Part shown: piece after piece, positions 9,790 through 18,559 of the stretch
How the letters are laid out: every line of letters starts with the position of its first letter
Numbering within the stretch: position 1 is the stretch's first letter
The notes under the pieces: model-generated
Databases searched by the model: none
What the model was told of the DNA's origin: nothing
What the model saw: the letters and a program-made list of their open reading frames with translations, nothing else
Source: a virus
Length of the DNA: 64,000 nucleotides
IMG/VR virus record: IMGVR_UViG_3300048599_000897
Span: 17,477-81,476 of that record
Strand: one strand, 5' to 3'
Translations under genes and position numbers: made by a program

Positions 9790-10236
9790 ATGCCTGTCAA
9801 ACTCGGCCTCGACGCCAAGCTCTACTTTTGCGCCGCCGGCATCGGCGGCACCCCGACCTGGACGGAACTGACCAACGTCAAGAACGTCACGCTCAACCTC
9901 CAGAAGGGTGAGGCGGACGTGACCACCCGGGCCAACAATGGCTGGAAGGCCACGGCTGCCACACTCAAGGAAGGCAGTATCGAATTCGAGATGGTGTGGG
10001 ACACCACCGACGCGGGGTTCACTGCCATCAAGAACGCCTGGTTCAACAACACCGTCATCGGCCTGGCGGTCATGGACGGCGGCATCGCCGTCACCGGCAG
10101 CCAGGGACTCTGGGCGGATTGCGCCATCATCGACTTCACGCGTGACGAACCGCTGGAAGATGCGCTGACCGTCAAGGTGACGGCCAAACCCGCTTATTCG
10201 ACCAACGCGCCACAATGGAAGACGATCGGTCCGTAA
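9790..10236 (+). CDS. Major tail tube protein
   Basis: ELTNVKNVTLNL...EADVTTR...FTRDEPLED tube-like pattern; no sheath gene seen. Confidence 0.8.
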   Translation: MPVKLGLDAKLYFCAAGIGGTPTWTELTNVKNVTLNLQKGEADVTTRANNGWKATAATLKEGSIEFEMVWDTTDAGFTAIKNAWFNNTVIGLAVMDGGIAVTGSQGLWADCAIIDFTRDEPLEDALTVKVTAKPAYSTNAPQWKTIGP

Positions 10237-10300
10237 GCCGTAGAAACTTCCTGACCGTCACGTCCCGCCCCCTCCTCCGCAATCTCACAAGGAGCATTCG

Positions 10301-10822
10301 ATGAAGACCTTTTGCGATAACGCCGGCCGCAACTGGACGGTGCAGATCAATGTCGACACCATCAAGCGCGTCCGCGATCTGGCCAAGGTAAACCTGCTGG
10401 AAGTGGTGGAAGGCAAGCTGCTGGAGCGTCTCGTGTCCGATCCGGTATTGCTCTGCGACTTGATCTACTGTGTCTGCCAGCCGGAAGCGGACGCCAAAAA
10501 CGTCTCGGACGAAGATTTCGGAAGAGCAATGGCAGGCGACGCCATCGATGGCGCGACTACGGCGCTATTGGAGGAACTCGTCGATTTTTTCCCCCAAGGC
10601 AAGCGCCGCGTGCTGGGCAAGGCGCTGGCCAAACTCCGCAGCCTGGAGTCGGCGGCGCTGACGGCGGTCGAGGCGAGGCTGGAGAGCCCGGAACTGGAGA
10701 AGCGGATGGCGGCGGAACTGGCAGCCCTGGAATCGCCGCCCCTGTCGCCAGCGCCGGATGCGTCGCCGAGCAACTCATCTGGCAATGCGCCGGGATTCTT
10801 GCGCTTGACCCCAGCCGACTAA
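10301..10822 (+). CDS. Tail assembly chaperone (gpG-like)
   Basis: Lies between tail tube and tape measure; LVDFF motif. Confidence 0.75.
   Translation: MKTFCDNAGRNWTVQINVDTIKRVRDLAKVNLLEVVEGKLLERLVSDPVLLCDLIYCVCQPEADAKNVSDEDFGRAMAGDAIDGATTALLEELVDFFPQGKRRVLGKALAKLRSLESAALTAVEARLESPELEKRMAAELAALESPPLSPAPDASPSNSSGNAPGFLRLTPAD
10570..10591 (+). other. Candidate -1 ribosomal frameshift signal: internal SD GGAGGA (10570-10575) plus T TTT TTC heptamer (10585-10591)
   Basis: In-phase XXXYYYZ heptamer; the -1 frame is open from 10591 to 11058. Confidence 0.55.
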
Positions 10823-10836
10823 CGCTGCGCCAACTC

Positions 10837-11058
10837 GTGGCGATGGCCCAGGCCCGCCAGGTCGAGAACTGGAACCACACCGCGGCGCTGCTGGCGATGC
10901 TCGCCAATGTGCATCGCGACCCCAAGAAGGGTCGAGCGCTCAAACCTGCGGACTTTCATCCGCTCCCCAAATCCAAATCCCACGCGGATGCCTCGGTGCC
11001 CCCACTCAAGGGCGACATCCGCATGCTCAAAACTCTTTTTGTTGATCGGAGGATCTAA
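10837..11058 (+). CDS. gpT-like C-terminal tail-chaperone extension (-1 frame of the chaperone; real coding probably starts upstream, LIWQCAGILALDPSRLTLRQLV)
   Basis: Frame -1 relative to 10301..10822; no RBS-supported start. Confidence 0.6.
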   Translation: MAMAQARQVENWNHTAALLAMLANVHRDPKKGRALKPADFHPLPKSKSHADASVPPLKGDIRMLKTLFVDRRI

Positions 11059-11061
11059 ATC

Positions 11062-11739
11062 ATGGACAGCAAGTTCATTCTCACGTCCAAGACCATCATC
11101 GGTCTCCTGGTTGCGGCGCTGGCGCTGTTCTGCCAGTTCAAAGGGGTAACCTTCACCGGTGATGACCAGGGTCAGGTCAGCGACACCATCTTCAAGGCCG
11201 TAGAGGCGGTGGGTCTGGCGGTGGCGCTGGTCGGCCGTTTCGTCGCCAGCCAGCCCCTCCATATCGTCCCAAAGTCGGATGACAGTGCGTCTCCGCCCAG
11301 TGCGCCCAGCGCTGGAATGCTGCTAATCGTGGGGATGTTGTCTTTGGGGATGCTCGGCGCTGGGGCCCTGCCGGGTTGTTCCACCTTCGTGACATCGACG
11401 CCGGCGACGCCGCAGGATCAGGCGATCAAGGAGGTCCGGCAGGCGACCGTCCTGTATATCGCTGCCGTCACCACGTTCAACGACCTGGTTGCCACCGGCA
11501 AGATCGACAAACAGACCGCCGCTGATCTGGAAATCGTCCGCCACCGGGCCTGGGCACGGCTGACTGCGGCCAAGCAGGCTGCCGAAGCTGGCACCCCGGT
11601 GGATTCCACCACGAGCCTCCAGCTCTTTATGGACGATCTCAATGCCATTAACGCGATCATCCTGAAGGTGCCGTTCACCCCGACTACATTGCCAGCGCCG
11701 GTTCCGGCGACGATTCCCGCAACACGACCTGAGGCGTAG
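11062..11739 (+). CDS. Membrane protein: N-terminal two-TM holin-like segment plus internal lipoprotein-like signal (LPGC) and helical domain
   Basis: SKTIIGLLVA...ALVGRFVA TM pair; MLLIVGMLSLGMLGAGALPGC lipobox-like segment. Confidence 0.55.
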   Translation: MDSKFILTSKTIIGLLVAALALFCQFKGVTFTGDDQGQVSDTIFKAVEAVGLAVALVGRFVASQPLHIVPKSDDSASPPSAPSAGMLLIVGMLSLGMLGAGALPGCSTFVTSTPATPQDQAIKEVRQATVLYIAAVTTFNDLVATGKIDKQTAADLEIVRHRAWARLTAAKQAAEAGTPVDSTTSLQLFMDDLNAINAIILKVPFTPTTLPAPVPATIPATRPEA

Positions 11740-11746
11740 GAGGGCC

Positions 11747-11791
11747 GGGTCAGTGGCCAGCCTTCCAGAGTGGCCGCTGCGCCACTGACCC
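11747..11791 (+). terminator. Strong hairpin, possible terminator/attenuator in the late operon
   Basis: 11-bp perfect inverted repeat GGGTCAGTGGC/GCCACTGACCC; weak U-tract. Confidence 0.4.
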
Positions 11792-11852
11792 ATTGTTCAC
11801 TTTCGGCGAATCGGTTCCCCATCGAACATCTGCCCAAAATTCGGAGGTCCTT

Positions 11853-12074
11853 ATGGAAACGGCCCTCATCATCGCTGGCATCAACGCCGCCGTGACACTC
11901 CTGCAGACCCAGATGCAATTGGCGGCGGCGCAGGCGGCAGTGGCCCAAGGCCAGGAACGCCAGGCGCTGCTCAGCGCCATGCAAGCAGCCTACACCCAGG
12001 CCACGGCACTCAATAGCACGCTGGCCAAGACCCTCGCGGATCATGGCATCCTCGCACCCAAGGAGCCGGCATGA
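11853..12074 (+). CDS. Small Ala/Gln-rich helical protein
   Basis: GGAGG RBS; ATGA overlap with the next gene. Confidence 0.65.
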   Translation: METALIIAGINAAVTLLQTQMQLAAAQAAVAQGQERQALLSAMQAAYTQATALNSTLAKTLADHGILAPKEPA

Positions 12075-12631
12075 AGACTGCCCTCGTATACATTCGCGGC
12101 CTCAACACCCACGCGGATTCCGATTGGTGTGGCATCCGCAGCTTCTTGGAAAGCCTCGCCACACTACTTGGGGGGGGCGGGGCCGATCTCATCGGTTTGG
12201 ATTATGACGATGAGGACGGCATCGCGGCGTTGGACGCGCGCCTGACGGATTACGACGTCATCCATGCCGCCGGTCACAGCCACGGTGCCGCTGCCTTGTA
12301 CGATTGGCTTACGCACACCGCCCACCAGGTTCAAGTCGCTGCTTTTTTGGATTTGTGCCCGCCGTGGAATCCCACCGCGTGGATGGGACCGGCGTGGGAT
12401 GCCCCGGCATACGCGCAGAAGGTTCTGGTTTTCTACCAGCGCAACGACATCCCCCTCGCTGGCGTGCGCCTGGCGGGGGTCAACGTCCAGGAATGCAACG
12501 TCACTCCTTGGGGTCTCCACCATTCCAGCATGTGCGGTGACGCCAGAGTCCAGGATCGCATCGCCCTGGCCATGTTGTGGCAGCGTGCGGGTGTGGTAAC
12601 GAGAGCGGCCGTGGCTGCCTCGGGAGGGTGA
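12071..12631 (+). CDS. Alpha/beta hydrolase (esterase/lipase-like)
   Basis: GHSHG nucleophile elbow; candidate Asp (FLDLC) and His (GLHHS). Confidence 0.75.
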   Translation: MKTALVYIRGLNTHADSDWCGIRSFLESLATLLGGGGADLIGLDYDDEDGIAALDARLTDYDVIHAAGHSHGAAALYDWLTHTAHQVQVAAFLDLCPPWNPTAWMGPAWDAPAYAQKVLVFYQRNDIPLAGVRLAGVNVQECNVTPWGLHHSSMCGDARVQDRIALAMLWQRAGVVTRAAVAASGG

Positions 12632-12634
12632 CGC

Positions 12635-14629
12635 ATGGCTTCTGCCCGTAACATCCGCGCCGGCGCGGCCTATATCGAGCTGTTCGTCAACGACTCGCGG
12701 CTCGTGCGGGGCCTCCAGAGCGCTTCCAAAAAGCTCAAGGCATTCGGGGAGGCGATTACCGGCTGGGGCGAAAAACTCGCTGCCATCGGCACCGCCGTGG
12801 CCGCGCCCCTGATCGCCTCGGCAAAAGTCTTCGCCGAGATGGGCGACCAAATGGCCAAGATGAGCCAGAGGACCGGAATTTCGGTCGAGGCTCTCTCGGA
12901 ATTGGCCTATGCCGCCCAGGTCTCGGGCACGGATATCGAGACCTTGGAAACGGCCATCAAGCGGATGCAGAAGGTCATCATCGCGGCGGCGGAAGGTTCT
13001 GACGGCGCTACTCAGGCGCTGGCCGACCTGGGTTTGACCGTGGAAGACCTGCGCGGATTGTCGCCGGACCAGCAATTCAAACTCATCGCCGAGCGACTTT
13101 CGCAAATCCAAAGCCCCGCCATGAAGGCGGCGCTGGCCCTCAAACTCTTCGGGAAATCAGGCACCCAGCTTCTGCCACTCCTGACCAACGGAGCCGCTGG
13201 CATCGAGGCCCTGCAGGAAGAGGCCCGGGCACTGGGCCTCACCATGTCTACCGAGGATGCCAAGGCGGCGGCCGCCTTCCACGAGAGCCTGGAAACGCTC
13301 TGGAAGGTGATCAAGCAAGGGGTGTTTGTCATCGGGTCGGCGCTGGCCCCGCTCCTGCGGCAGGTGACGGAATGGGTGATTCGCACGGTGGTCAGTACTA
13401 CCGACTGGATCAAGAAGAACAAAGACCTGGTGGTCACCATCTTCGAGGTTGCCGTGGGCATCATCGCCGGCGGCTTTGCGCTGATTGCGCTGGGGGTGGC
13501 GATCACCACGGTCGGCACCATCATAGGCGCGCTGGCGGGGATCATTGCCGGCGTCGGCACCGCCCTGAGCGTCCTGGGATCGATCATTGCCTGGTTGGTG
13601 ACGCCGATTGGGTTGGTAACAGTCGCGATTGCGGCGCTGGGCGCATACCTTATCTATGCCTCGGGGGCGGGAGGTAAGGCGCTCCAATGGCTGGGGGACC
13701 GGTTCACCGACTTGTCGGACTTCGCCACCCAATCATTCCAGGGTATCTCCGACGCCCTCATGGCCGGCGATATTGCCCTAGCGGCGAAAATCCTGTGGTT
13801 GTCGCTGAAGGTCGCGTGGTACACGGGGGTGCTGGCGCTGACCAAGTTATGGGAAGGGCTCAAAACTGCCAGCCTGAAGATCATCTTTGACCTCTGGTAT
13901 GGGGCGCAGGCGGCGTGGGAAATCGGCATTGCGTCGGTCTCGGAGGTGATGCTGAAGTTGTACTACTTCGTCCAAGGCGTGTGGAACCGCATGGCCACCG
14001 GTGCGAAGAACGTGTGGGATGAAATTACCACCTGGGTCGCCAAGCGCATCGTGGACATTCAGGGGGCCTTCGACAGTTCCCTCGACACGGAAGGGATGAA
14101 GCAGAGCCTCGACGAAGATACGCAGGCCCGCGTGAACGAACGCAACAACGCCGCCGACGCGGAAGCCAAGCGCATCGACGAGGAACGTGACACCGCCCTG
14201 AAATACGCCCAAGAGGAACATGATGCCCGCATGGCGGAAATCGGCCAGGCTGCCGACGACAAGGAAAACCAGCTCGACACCGACGCCCAGAAGAAAATCG
14301 ACGATACGCAGGCCCAACTCGATCAAGCCAAGGCCGAGTGGCAGGACGCCATCGCCAAAGCGCGGAAGGAACGCGAAATCAGCGAACAGGAGGGGCCGGA
14401 CCGGATCAAACCACCGCCCGGCCTGCCGGACATGCTGGAGGGATTGGGTCCTACGCTCGAACAGACGCAGAAGACGATCGGCGTCAGCGGCACGTTCAAC
14501 GCGATGGAGGCCCGCGGACTGGGCGCGGGTGGTGTGACCGATCGAATTGCCAAGGCGTCGGAGGACACGGCTCGCAACACCAAGCAAATGCTTCAGGAGA
14601 TCCAGTTGGGCGGTGGGGAATTTGAATAG
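12635..14629 (+). CDS. Tail tape measure protein
   Basis: RAGAAYIEL N-terminus, Ala/Leu-rich helical repeats, central hydrophobic segment. Confidence 0.9.
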   Translation: MASARNIRAGAAYIELFVNDSRLVRGLQSASKKLKAFGEAITGWGEKLAAIGTAVAAPLIASAKVFAEMGDQMAKMSQRTGISVEALSELAYAAQVSGTDIETLETAIKRMQKVIIAAAEGSDGATQALADLGLTVEDLRGLSPDQQFKLIAERLSQIQSPAMKAALALKLFGKSGTQLLPLLTNGAAGIEALQEEARALGLTMSTEDAKAAAAFHESLETLWKVIKQGVFVIGSALAPLLRQVTEWVIRTVVSTTDWIKKNKDLVVTIFEVAVGIIAGGFALIALGVAITTVGTIIGALAGIIAGVGTALSVLGSIIAWLVTPIGLVTVAIAALGAYLIYASGAGGKALQWLGDRFTDLSDFATQSFQGISDALMAGDIALAAKILWLSLKVAWYTGVLALTKLWEGLKTASLKIIFDLWYGAQAAWEIGIASVSEVMLKLYYFVQGVWNRMATGAKNVWDEITTWVAKRIVDIQGAFDSSLDTEGMKQSLDEDTQARVNERNNAADAEAKRIDEERDTALKYAQEEHDARMAEIGQAADDKENQLDTDAQKKIDDTQAQLDQAKAEWQDAIAKARKEREISEQEGPDRIKPPPGLPDMLEGLGPTLEQTQKTIGVSGTFNAMEARGLGAGGVTDRIAKASEDTARNTKQMLQEIQLGGGEFE

Positions 14630-14637
14630 GAACTTCT

Positions 14638-15441
14638 ATGGCCCTGGTCATTGAAAAATTCGCCAGCCGTCAATCCACTGTGGGCGACGGTGCCCAGGTG
14701 GATATGGTCTACTTCGTCTCCGGCACGGATGACGATCTGGCCGCCAAATCTGCCCTCATCGCGGGTTCGCCGACGGTGTATGACGGCCTGGTGCGCCAGA
14801 GCGCCCGGATCGAACCAGTCGGCCCGGGTCTGTGGGAAGGGACTGTCCGTTATTCCCCTTTCGTCTACCAGCCGCCGCAGACGGGCCAGTCCACCTTCAC
14901 CTTCGACACCGGCGGCGGCACCCAACACATCACGCAGTCCATTCAGACGATGGGCAAATACCCCGCGGCGACGGCTCCGGATTTCGCCGGGGCGGTCGGT
15001 GTCACCCACGACAATGTCGAGGGGGTGGACATCACCATCCCCGTGTTCCAGTTCTCGGAAACGCATTACCTTGATCCGACGCTGGTGACGCCGTCCTACC
15101 AGGGAACGTTGTTCGCTTTGACGGGGAAGGTGAACAACGCGCCCTTCCGCGCCTGCGATACGGGCGAGTGCCTGTTCCTGGGGGCCTCCGGCTCGCGCCG
15201 CGGCACCAGTCTCGATGCCGATTGGGAAATCACCTTCCGTTTTGCCGGCAGCCCCAACAAGACCAATCTGACCATCGGCACCATCACCGGCATCAACAAG
15301 AAGGGGTGGGAATACATGTGGGTCCGCTACGCGGATTCGGAGGACGCCACGGCCAAGGTGCTGGTGAAGAAGCCCGTCGCCGTCTACGTCGAGAAGGTGT
15401 ACGAGTTGGCGAACTTCTCGCTCCTGGGCATTGGCACTTGA
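14638..15441 (+). CDS. Distal tail / tail-tip protein
   Basis: Directly after the tape measure; beta-rich. Confidence 0.65.
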   Translation: MALVIEKFASRQSTVGDGAQVDMVYFVSGTDDDLAAKSALIAGSPTVYDGLVRQSARIEPVGPGLWEGTVRYSPFVYQPPQTGQSTFTFDTGGGTQHITQSIQTMGKYPAATAPDFAGAVGVTHDNVEGVDITIPVFQFSETHYLDPTLVTPSYQGTLFALTGKVNNAPFRACDTGECLFLGASGSRRGTSLDADWEITFRFAGSPNKTNLTIGTITGINKKGWEYMWVRYADSEDATAKVLVKKPVAVYVEKVYELANFSLLGIGT

Positions 15442-15450
15442 GGAGACCCC

Positions 15451-16263
15451 ATGGGCGATGCCCTGCAAAAAGTCAAAGTCGGTGACAAACTGCGCATGCC
15501 GGCGGCGACGTACAACGCCTTTATCGACGCGGCGCGGGACTTTCAGAACCGCCAGCAGAATAGCGATGGCAGCGCCAGACCAGGCACTGGCCCGGATAGC
15601 ACCGTCGTCTTGGTGAAGAACGCCTCGGGCGCGGACCAGAATCGTTACGCCGTCCTGGGCGTCAGCGGTCCCATTTATACGCCCACCGATAACCTCGACA
15701 GCTTCAAGAACAAGCTCGCCTTCATCGGCGCGCTCCCGACCACCGCCAGTTACACCGGCAAGTTCGTGGTGTTGCTGGAACCCGCCGTCAATGGGGCCAT
15801 CGTCCGCGCGGTGATTGCCGGCGTCGTGCCCGTCCAGGTGGATTTCGGCGACGCCAGCCATACCTTTGCCGACGTCAAGAACAGCAGCAGTGCGAGTTTG
15901 AAGAGTGGCCCGTCCGGATCGGCCCAGGTTCTCTGGAAGCAATCTGGCACGGGCGTGATATGGGCGCTGGTGCGGCTCTCCAACATCCTCCCGACCGGGA
16001 CGCTCGCGAGCCCCGCAACATTGGGCAGCAATGCCGAAGGCTCCGAAACCGCCTCCACCGATACCTGGACCCGCGATGGCACCACGTCGGGCACCAACTA
16101 TGCCGGAGTGCCGCTGGATATGTGGACCGTCACCCGCGTGGTCTACAACGACACCGGCACCCAGGTCCTCTACGCGTTCGTCCGCAAAATGAGCTTCGAT
16201 TCGCTGGGGCTGCTGCGGTCCGTCAGCGCCGAGACCCGTTACGTCATCGACACACCCGCTTAA
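15451..16263 (+). CDS. Tail-tip / fiber-associated protein
   Basis: Position; Gly/Ser/Thr-rich. Confidence 0.55.
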   Translation: MGDALQKVKVGDKLRMPAATYNAFIDAARDFQNRQQNSDGSARPGTGPDSTVVLVKNASGADQNRYAVLGVSGPIYTPTDNLDSFKNKLAFIGALPTTASYTGKFVVLLEPAVNGAIVRAVIAGVVPVQVDFGDASHTFADVKNSSSASLKSGPSGSAQVLWKQSGTGVIWALVRLSNILPTGTLASPATLGSNAEGSETASTDTWTRDGTTSGTNYAGVPLDMWTVTRVVYNDTGTQVLYAFVRKMSFDSLGLLRSVSAETRYVIDTPA

Positions 16264-16272
16264 AGGTGACCT

Positions 16273-17181
16273 ATGGCCCATTTGAAGAAGAAAGCCAACG
16301 GGCACCTGTGCAAGAAGGTGGGGCACCTGGTGAATACGACCTGCGCCGAGGTGCCGCCTACGCTGTTCCTGATCACTCTTGATGGCGTAACGCCGTGCTG
16401 TCATTGGGGCATCTACAATTATCCCGACTTCGGCAGTTCCAACATCGTCCTCAACGACAGCGCGATTGTCGATGATTTGCCGGTCTTCACGGTTGGCGGT
16501 TATGGCTACATGCCCAACGAGACTTCCGTCCGCGTACCACTGGATTCGTTTGGGCACTATGACACGTTTCCCGCGAATTGTGCGGCCACCTTGTGGGGCC
16601 ATCTGATCATCAACATGCAAATCACGGCGGGATATACCGGCGGCGGCACCCCGGTCGTCAACGGGTTCGTGGGCTCGTGGGACGAAATCGCCTCGGGCAT
16701 GGAGTATTTCTATGGGAGCGGCCCCGCAAGCACGGATGACGTCACGGTCAGTAGTGAAGAGCCTGCCTGCAATCCGTCTGGCGGATATGGCCCCAACGGT
16801 CTGGCCATTGGTGGCACCGGCGGCACGATGCGGATCAAAATCTATCGCGTGCCTGTCCTCTTGGATGGCTATGCCGTAGGGGACCATCCTGGGTACACCA
16901 TTGGCCACGGGGGAGGGTCGGTCGATATCGCCGTGACCGCGCCGGGACTCTGGCGGACCGGCAAGGCCTACTCGCACGCCGGCGACGGCGGGGGCATATA
17001 CCTGCCCGGTGACACGCTGGATAACACCGGGGGCGACATCTCGTTTTTCAATATTTCGACCACGGGTGGTACGGGCAACGACACCGTGACCGTCACCATG
17101 CCGCCCAACACCACGGGCTACCCCCGTGGCATGTATCTGGTGATCAACAACAACTTCCTGAACGTGGGGCAGTCCGCATGA
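16273..17181 (+). CDS. Putative receptor-binding / fiber protein (Gly/Thr/Cys-rich)
   Basis: Position at the end of the tail module; N-terminal GHLCKKVGHLVNTTC. Confidence 0.5.
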   Translation: MAHLKKKANGHLCKKVGHLVNTTCAEVPPTLFLITLDGVTPCCHWGIYNYPDFGSSNIVLNDSAIVDDLPVFTVGGYGYMPNETSVRVPLDSFGHYDTFPANCAATLWGHLIINMQITAGYTGGGTPVVNGFVGSWDEIASGMEYFYGSGPASTDDVTVSSEEPACNPSGGYGPNGLAIGGTGGTMRIKIYRVPVLLDGYAVGDHPGYTIGHGGGSVDIAVTAPGLWRTGKAYSHAGDGGGIYLPGDTLDNTGGDISFFNISTTGGTGNDTVTVTMPPNTTGYPRGMYLVINNNFLNVGQSA

Positions 17182-17483
17182 ACACGATCATCGTGTCATC
17201 GAAAGGGCGCGTCCGTCGATTCCCCCCGCGACTGACCGGGTTGGCCCTGGCGTCATTAAAGCTCAAGACGATCCCGATCCTGGCACCCGACCAGGTGGAC
17301 GCCCGGCTGGCGATCTGCCGCGCATGCGACGCGCGGGGCCGCTTTGATGAGCAGGGCCGATTGATCGGCTGCGTTGCCTGTGGCTGTGGCATTCAAATCG
17401 CCCGCGCCATCGTGCAGTGGCCACGATACGAAGGCCAATGGTGTCCCCTGGATCGGTGGCCCAAGCTCGCGTTCAAAGAGTAA
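17178..17483 (+). CDS. Small Cys-rich protein (RLAICRAC...CVACGC...CPLDRW)
   Basis: Conserved Cys spacing; ATGA overlap. Confidence 0.65.
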   Translation: MNTIIVSSKGRVRRFPPRLTGLALASLKLKTIPILAPDQVDARLAICRACDARGRFDEQGRLIGCVACGCGIQIARAIVQWPRYEGQWCPLDRWPKLAFKE

Positions 17484-17530
17484 ATCGTTTGCGGCAATGT
17501 GACATTCCCCCCCAGCAGATTGGAGACCCT

Positions 17531-18559
17531 ATGCCCATCGAAGAATTGGCTTTCCAGACCGCCCGGAACTGGCACTTGGCGGTCGGTGGTCACTATCAAA
17601 TGCGCAGCACCAATAATCTGATCATTCATCCCAATGGTCGATTGTATGGAGAACTGGCCCAGGTGGGTTTCCAAACCTGGCGAATGGAGGGGGATCGCCT
17701 CATCTTTCAGGGACGCCATCGGTGGGATACCTGGGAATTTCACCGCGAGGCTGATGGCCAATGGATCGGGTGGCCGGTAAATATCAGCAGCCTCGTCGCC
17801 GCATTGGCACGGCCCTCACAAGTTTCCAACATCGACTCGCTTCCGGAGTTGGAGCAAAGTGGGCATCGGCTGGAGTCGCTTCCCGAGATTGACGTAGGCA
17901 AGGCCCGCTTTGAGATCGTGGTGGCGAAACACCGCGAGGATTTGGCTTGGACCGATTGCTACCGCGACAACGTCACGATCTATTCCAAGGACCCGGGGGA
18001 CTTGGGCCGCTTCCCAATCCTCCCCAACCGTGGGCGCGATGCTGGTACCCAGCTCTATCACATCGTTCAGCACTATGATGATCTGGCCGACCGCACGCTG
18101 TTCCTCCAAGGCCACCCTTGGGACCACCCGGTCCTAGCCATTCCGCTGTATGCCAAAGATCTATCGCCCTTCACAGTTGCCTCGATAATCGAGAACCACA
18201 TGGGGTGGTCGCCGCATTGGACCGAGCCCGACCAGATGATCGACGAACCGGTCATGCGGGCGTTCCTGAAGTTGATCGAATGTGATCCGACAATCACGAC
18301 GATTCACTGGACGCAGGGGATGCAGTTTGCCGCGTCGCGTGAGCAAATCCGCAAGCGGCCCCACGACTACTACCGCCGGCTATTCCATCTGAGCCAGCGG
18401 GAATCGGTCGAACTGGACGGACGGCGGTTCGACAATCTGCATATCATCTTCCTGCTCGAGTTGTTTTGGCGGGACGTATTTATGGCCCGAGAGCAATCAA
18501 CGGCTGTTCAACCCTGTAGACCTAATCCTCGAGGCATACCAATTCGACAAGGCGTTTGA
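17531..18559 (+). CDS. DUF3431-like (GT-A-related) protein with an extra N-terminal domain
   Basis: VVAKHREDLAW, IYSK, LPNRGRD..TQLYHIVQHYDDLAD.TLFLQGHPWDH match the DUF3431 pattern. Confidence 0.7.
   Translation: MPIEELAFQTARNWHLAVGGHYQMRSTNNLIIHPNGRLYGELAQVGFQTWRMEGDRLIFQGRHRWDTWEFHREADGQWIGWPVNISSLVAALARPSQVSNIDSLPELEQSGHRLESLPEIDVGKARFEIVVAKHREDLAWTDCYRDNVTIYSKDPGDLGRFPILPNRGRDAGTQLYHIVQHYDDLADRTLFLQGHPWDHPVLAIPLYAKDLSPFTVASIIENHMGWSPHWTEPDQMIDEPVMRAFLKLIECDPTITTIHWTQGMQFAASREQIRKRPHDYYRRLFHLSQRESVELDGRRFDNLHIIFLLELFWRDVFMAREQSTAVQPCRPNPRGIPIRQGV

Larger units (their letters stand above)
1..18559 (+). mobile_element. Prophage 1, late (packaging/head/tail) arm of a siphovirus-like element; left part lies outside the window
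   Basis: Contiguous + strand terminase, portal, capsid, tail tube and tape measure genes; syntenic with the second copy at 55.7-64 kb. Confidence 0.9.

Noticed and set aside
14593-16977. 794-aa antisense ORF
   Set aside because: Antisense to three well-packed tail genes; stop-poor because of codon bias
16273-17181. Diversity-generating retroelement target in the tail fiber
   Set aside because: No reverse transcriptase and no TR/VR repeat pair seen in the window
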